NCBI GenBank assembly: GCA_904063045.1
Contig: CAJFCJ010000026.1
Span: 598,964 to 662,963 of the forward strand
Source of the DNA: Dimorphilus gyrociliatus
Taxonomy: Eukaryota; Animalia; Annelida
DNA length: 64,000 nucleotides
Reading direction: 5' to 3'
In this document: positions 60,350 to 64,000 of the stretch, piece by piece
Numbering within the stretch: position 1 is the first letter of the stretch
How the letters are laid out: each line of letters opens with the position of its first letter
Notes under the pieces: model-generated
Told to the model about the DNA's origin: nothing
The model's database searches: none
What the model saw: only the letters and a program-made list of their open reading frames with translations
Translations under genes and position numbers: made by a program

Positions 60350-63300
60350 TTAATTGTTTACAGGAATTATTTTTTGATCTTCAAACCATATCAATGTTAA
60401 TGATTTAATAGCTTCTCTTAGATATTTTCCTTGTACATCTGTTAACGAACAGCAGCCAACATTCAATTTCTTCAGTATACAACTATGTTTTAATCCTTCG
60501 CAAACTGATAAGAATCCATTACCCATTTCTGTATTTCCAAATAAATCCAACTTCCTTAAACTGGTTGCTTTTTTAAGAAAATTTCCAAGATATTTCGTTT
60601 CAACCTCTTTTAAATTGCATTTTCGAAGACTTAACTTTTGTAGAAAGGAACAAGACAATGATAAACTGGAGAAGATATATTTAAATCCATGTCCTATATC
60701 CGTATTATGCGACAGATCTAAATTTTCAAGATTGGATTCTTGCAGAGAATAGGCAAGATATTTTGAATGAATTTCATTTAGATTACAATTACTTAACAGT
60801 AGCATTTTTAAACTTTTAGATGATTGAGTCATAGAATTGCATATAGATTTAAAACCATGACCCATTTCAGTATTCCATGTAAGATTTATTGATTCCAAAG
60901 TTGTACATTTATTCAATATTCTTCCAATCCCGGTAGCTTGTTCCTCACCTAAATCGCAACGTCCAAGGTGTATGCATTTAATACGCGGAGTACAAGATCT
61001 TAATCCACCATCCACTCCCTGATACCAATTTCCCATACGTGTATTCCAAGATAAGTTTAATTCTTCTAAATTAATTAAGAGTTTTAATAATTTTCCCAAC
61101 AATATAGCCTGTTTTTCATTCAAAGAACAATTACCAACATCAAGAATTTTAAGACTGTTTACAGATGATTTTAATCCGTTATATATAAATTCAAATCCAG
61201 TTTGCATATTCTTATTACTCGTCAGATTTAAATATTCTAATTTCTTGGAATTTTCAATAAATTTACCCAATTGACCAATTTGTTCTACGCTCAATGAACA
61301 ATTGCTTAAATCTAATTGCGTTAGAGTTTGACTGGAATTGTGTAAACTTTTAAATACATCGTAAAGGCCAAGGTCAGTATTTTGATTTTGGGAAATGAAC
61401 ACAGATTGAATATTATTACATAATCTTAATAGACTTCCAAGTAGTCTTCCTTGTTCTGTAGTTAACTCGCAATGGTTAAAATTCACAAGTTGAAGAGTTT
61501 TACAAGAAGATTCTAATCCTTTGAAGATATCTTTCAACCCATCTTTCATCTTTCTATTACTTGCCAGACTAATTGCTCTTATCTTTGATAGATTTCCTAA
61601 CGAAATTCCTAATTGTTTTGCTTGTATTTCGTTCAAAACACAACAATTTAACATTAAATTTTGAAGGTTTAAATTGGATTTTAAACTTTGGCATATCATT
61701 CCAAATCCATCTTCCATACATTTATTCTCCGATAGATTGATTTCTAATAAATTGGTACAATTCTCCAATAGATTTGCAATAGCTATTGCAGATTTCCTAT
61801 TTATATTACAATTTGTTAGATTAATACTTTCTAAATATGACGAAGAGCGTAATCCTTCACAAAGATTATAAAATACTTGGTTTAATTTTAAATTCCATGA
61901 TAAGTCAATTATTTCAAGAGTGTTACAATTTTTCAAAAGATCTCCTAAACAAAGTCCCTGTTCTTCTTGTAGGTTACAATCTCTTAGGGATATACTCTTT
62001 ATTGAATGTGATGAATTCTTTAATCCGGAGCATAATGAATTAAAACCATCATTCATCATGAATTTATTACCATTTAGATTGAATACTTCAATAGAATTGC
62101 AAGCCATTATCGGTAATCCTAAAAATTTAACATTTCCATTTGCTAAACAACAATCCTCTATTGTTATAGTTCGAAGAGTTTTTGAAGAAGAGTAGATAGC
62201 GGCTGAGAGATAATTGAGAATTGAAGATACATCTATATCCTTAATTTGAATTGTTTCCAATTTATTACAATTTTTAAGCATTTCCCAACTCATCTTATCA
62301 ATAGTCTGATATTGAAGATTATGTGAAAGATTTAAAAATCTAACACTTTGGCTAGATATTCTTAAAAGTTCTAGAATTCTATCCGTATACAAAACATTAA
62401 CAATTCTAGGTAGATAAATTTGTAAATGCCCCATTTCGATTAGGTTCTTTTTAATGGCATCTTCTAAATTTTGAATATTATTAATATCCGAATCAATATT
62501 TATACTTTTCTTATAGTTTTTATGTAAACTAGTTTGTATAGTTTTCATATTTAGTAGAAAATTTAAATGTTTGTTCTCATCTAGAATAATATCTATAATG
62601 TTCAAAGATATTTTATTTTCTTGCATCTTATCAGTTTCGTATTTATGAAAATTTTTTGATGAAATATTTAAGAAACAATTCCAAAAGAAATTCTTATCAG
62701 GATTTTCAATAATACAATTTTCCAAATAGACATTTTTCAATTTATTATCATTTCTCTTCTGTAAAATAACTTTAAAGAATCTATTACATACATCCATTCC
62801 TAATAAGTTATTAGTAATCGTAAGCGTTTCAATGTTATTCAACTTTGCTAAATAATCTAAAAACCAATTACTAATACAATTCGGATAGTTTCCTAAATAT
62901 CCTGGATCAACGTTTACTTGTATTAGATTACATCCGGTTATTAAATCTTTGGTAACGATACAGCTTTGAATAAATATGTAATTTTCTTGTTCTATTCTAT
63001 TATTTTTCATCTTTTCAATAAGATTATCCTCTTTTTTTGTTATTTTCTTAAATTTCTCTAATAGTATTCGATCAAAGAAGTTTTGTAGATTTTTTCCATT
63101 ATCATCGTCATCATCATCATTATTAATTAAATCGTTACAATACATTGTATCACTTAGAAAGAGTGTCTGTAATCTTGAGAAATGATCGAAGAGTATCTCC
63201 AATATTACTTGTACTTTTAATATTAATCTTATATCGTTACATCTATCGAAATCGTAGAGTAGATGATTATTTTTTTTCAAAAATATGGAAAAACATTGAC

Positions 63301-64000
63301 AGGGATCACTTCTAGGAATATAGAGATATTCCAGTGATTTACAGCATAGAATTATTGAGAAAAGGGAATATAATGCTTTATCCGTTAGAGTACATTCAAA
63401 AATAATAATCTCTCTTAAATTCTCAGAACAAGACTTTAACGATGAAATAAATTCAAAAATTTCAATTCTTTCAGTATTTAAACTGAATTTAACAATTTCT
63501 AAACTTTTACATTCTTGTATTAGACAACCTAGATGATTATCATCCGATTCTGTTAGGTAAAAATTCGACAATTCAATACTTTTAAGATAATCTGCTGATT
63601 TCTTTAAAGCGATACAAATCTTTTGAAATTCAGTCTTTGATATTCCATTACCTTCTATATCAATATATTTAATATTTGGACAATTATCAATAAAATTCAC
63701 AAATAAAGATGTTCGCTTTTCTTCTTTTAGAAACTTTTTTCCAACTTTTATATCAGTTATTTTTAATTTTGAATGATTTAGTAAAATGAATAAATCATTA
63801 TAATCATCTTGTTCATCATCGATTGAAGATAGATTAACGGATGTAATGTTTGTACAATGTTCCAGGCATTTATTAATATCTATTGCAGTTTTCTTCATAC
63901 ACTTGAAGATTAGTGAGGATAAATGAGTAAATATAATATAGTTTTGTCTAACAGCCTCTAAAAATGCAGTTAATCCTTTTGAATCGAATATAATCTTCAC
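60350..64000 (-). CDS. Ribonuclease-inhibitor/NLRC3-like leucine-rich repeat protein, 5'-truncated by the window edge
   Basis: 1216-aa open frame with many ~28-aa repeats LxxLxLxxNxxxxxG...LxxLxLxxCxL, alternating A/B type. Confidence 0.92.
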   Translation of the reverse strand: MKIIFDSKGLTAFLEAVRQNYIIFTHLSSLIFKCMKKTAIDINKCLEHCTNITSVNLSSIDDEQDDYNDLFILLNHSKLKITDIKVGKKFLKEEKRTSLFVNFIDNCPNIKYIDIEGNGISKTEFQKICIALKKSADYLKSIELSNFYLTESDDNHLGCLIQECKSLEIVKFSLNTERIEIFEFISSLKSCSENLREIIIFECTLTDKALYSLFSIILCCKSLEYLYIPRSDPCQCFSIFLKKNNHLLYDFDRCNDIRLILKVQVILEILFDHFSRLQTLFLSDTMYCNDLINNDDDDDDNGKNLQNFFDRILLEKFKKITKKEDNLIEKMKNNRIEQENYIFIQSCIVTKDLITGCNLIQVNVDPGYLGNYPNCISNWFLDYLAKLNNIETLTITNNLLGMDVCNRFFKVILQKRNDNKLKNVYLENCIIENPDKNFFWNCFLNISSKNFHKYETDKMQENKISLNIIDIILDENKHLNFLLNMKTIQTSLHKNYKKSINIDSDINNIQNLEDAIKKNLIEMGHLQIYLPRIVNVLYTDRILELLRISSQSVRFLNLSHNLQYQTIDKMSWEMLKNCNKLETIQIKDIDVSSILNYLSAAIYSSSKTLRTITIEDCCLANGNVKFLGLPIMACNSIEVFNLNGNKFMMNDGFNSLCSGLKNSSHSIKSISLRDCNLQEEQGLCLGDLLKNCNTLEIIDLSWNLKLNQVFYNLCEGLRSSSYLESINLTNCNINRKSAIAIANLLENCTNLLEINLSENKCMEDGFGMICQSLKSNLNLQNLMLNCCVLNEIQAKQLGISLGNLSKIRAISLASNRKMKDGLKDIFKGLESSCKTLQLVNFNHCELTTEQGRLLGSLLRLCNNIQSVFISQNQNTDLGLYDVFKSLHNSSQTLTQLDLSNCSLSVEQIGQLGKFIENSKKLEYLNLTSNKNMQTGFEFIYNGLKSSVNSLKILDVGNCSLNEKQAILLGKLLKLLINLEELNLSWNTRMGNWYQGVDGGLRSCTPRIKCIHLGRCDLGEEQATGIGRILNKCTTLESINLTWNTEMGHGFKSICNSMTQSSKSLKMLLLSNCNLNEIHSKYLAYSLQESNLENLDLSHNTDIGHGFKYIFSSLSLSCSFLQKLSLRKCNLKEVETKYLGNFLKKATSLRKLDLFGNTEMGNGFLSVCEGLKHSCILKKLNVGCCSLTDVQGKYLREAIKSLTLIWFEDQKIIPVNN

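Overview
AT-rich animal nuclear DNA. The mitochondrial inserts point to an annelid: cox1-trnN-cox2 and trnG-cox3 order, annelid-type COI motifs. The 50-80 bp introns suggest a compact-genome species; Dimorphilus-like is an inference only. The window has two parts. (1) About 1-47 kb is a degenerate repeat field. It holds at least eight decayed copies of a multi-exon Ig(I-set)/FN3 gene on +, at least seven decayed copies of an unidentified ORF on -, and four copies of an intervening module with a near-invariant ~225-bp E-box/TATA/Inr core, hairpins and an ETS-CRE motif. Inserted into this field are two rearranged, deletion-riddled NUMTs, one complete but defective 5.0-kb BEL/Pao LTR element, several Pao relics, Tc1/mariner relics and non-LTR relics. 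(2) About 47-64 kb is gene-dense: several orphan genes (one with an in-frame TGA), a single-exon class A GPCR, two convergent tRNA-Cys/tRNA-Glu pairs, and a >1200-aa RI-like LRR ORF running off the window edge. The most striking observation concerns the complete BEL/Pao element. It has no tRNA primer-binding site, but it has a 12-nt perfect complement between the LTR interior and the LTR/leader junction, as in Tf1-type self-priming. It also lacks a normal polypurine tract. All calls come from manual reading; no database searches were run, and coordinates of degenerate relics are approximate.
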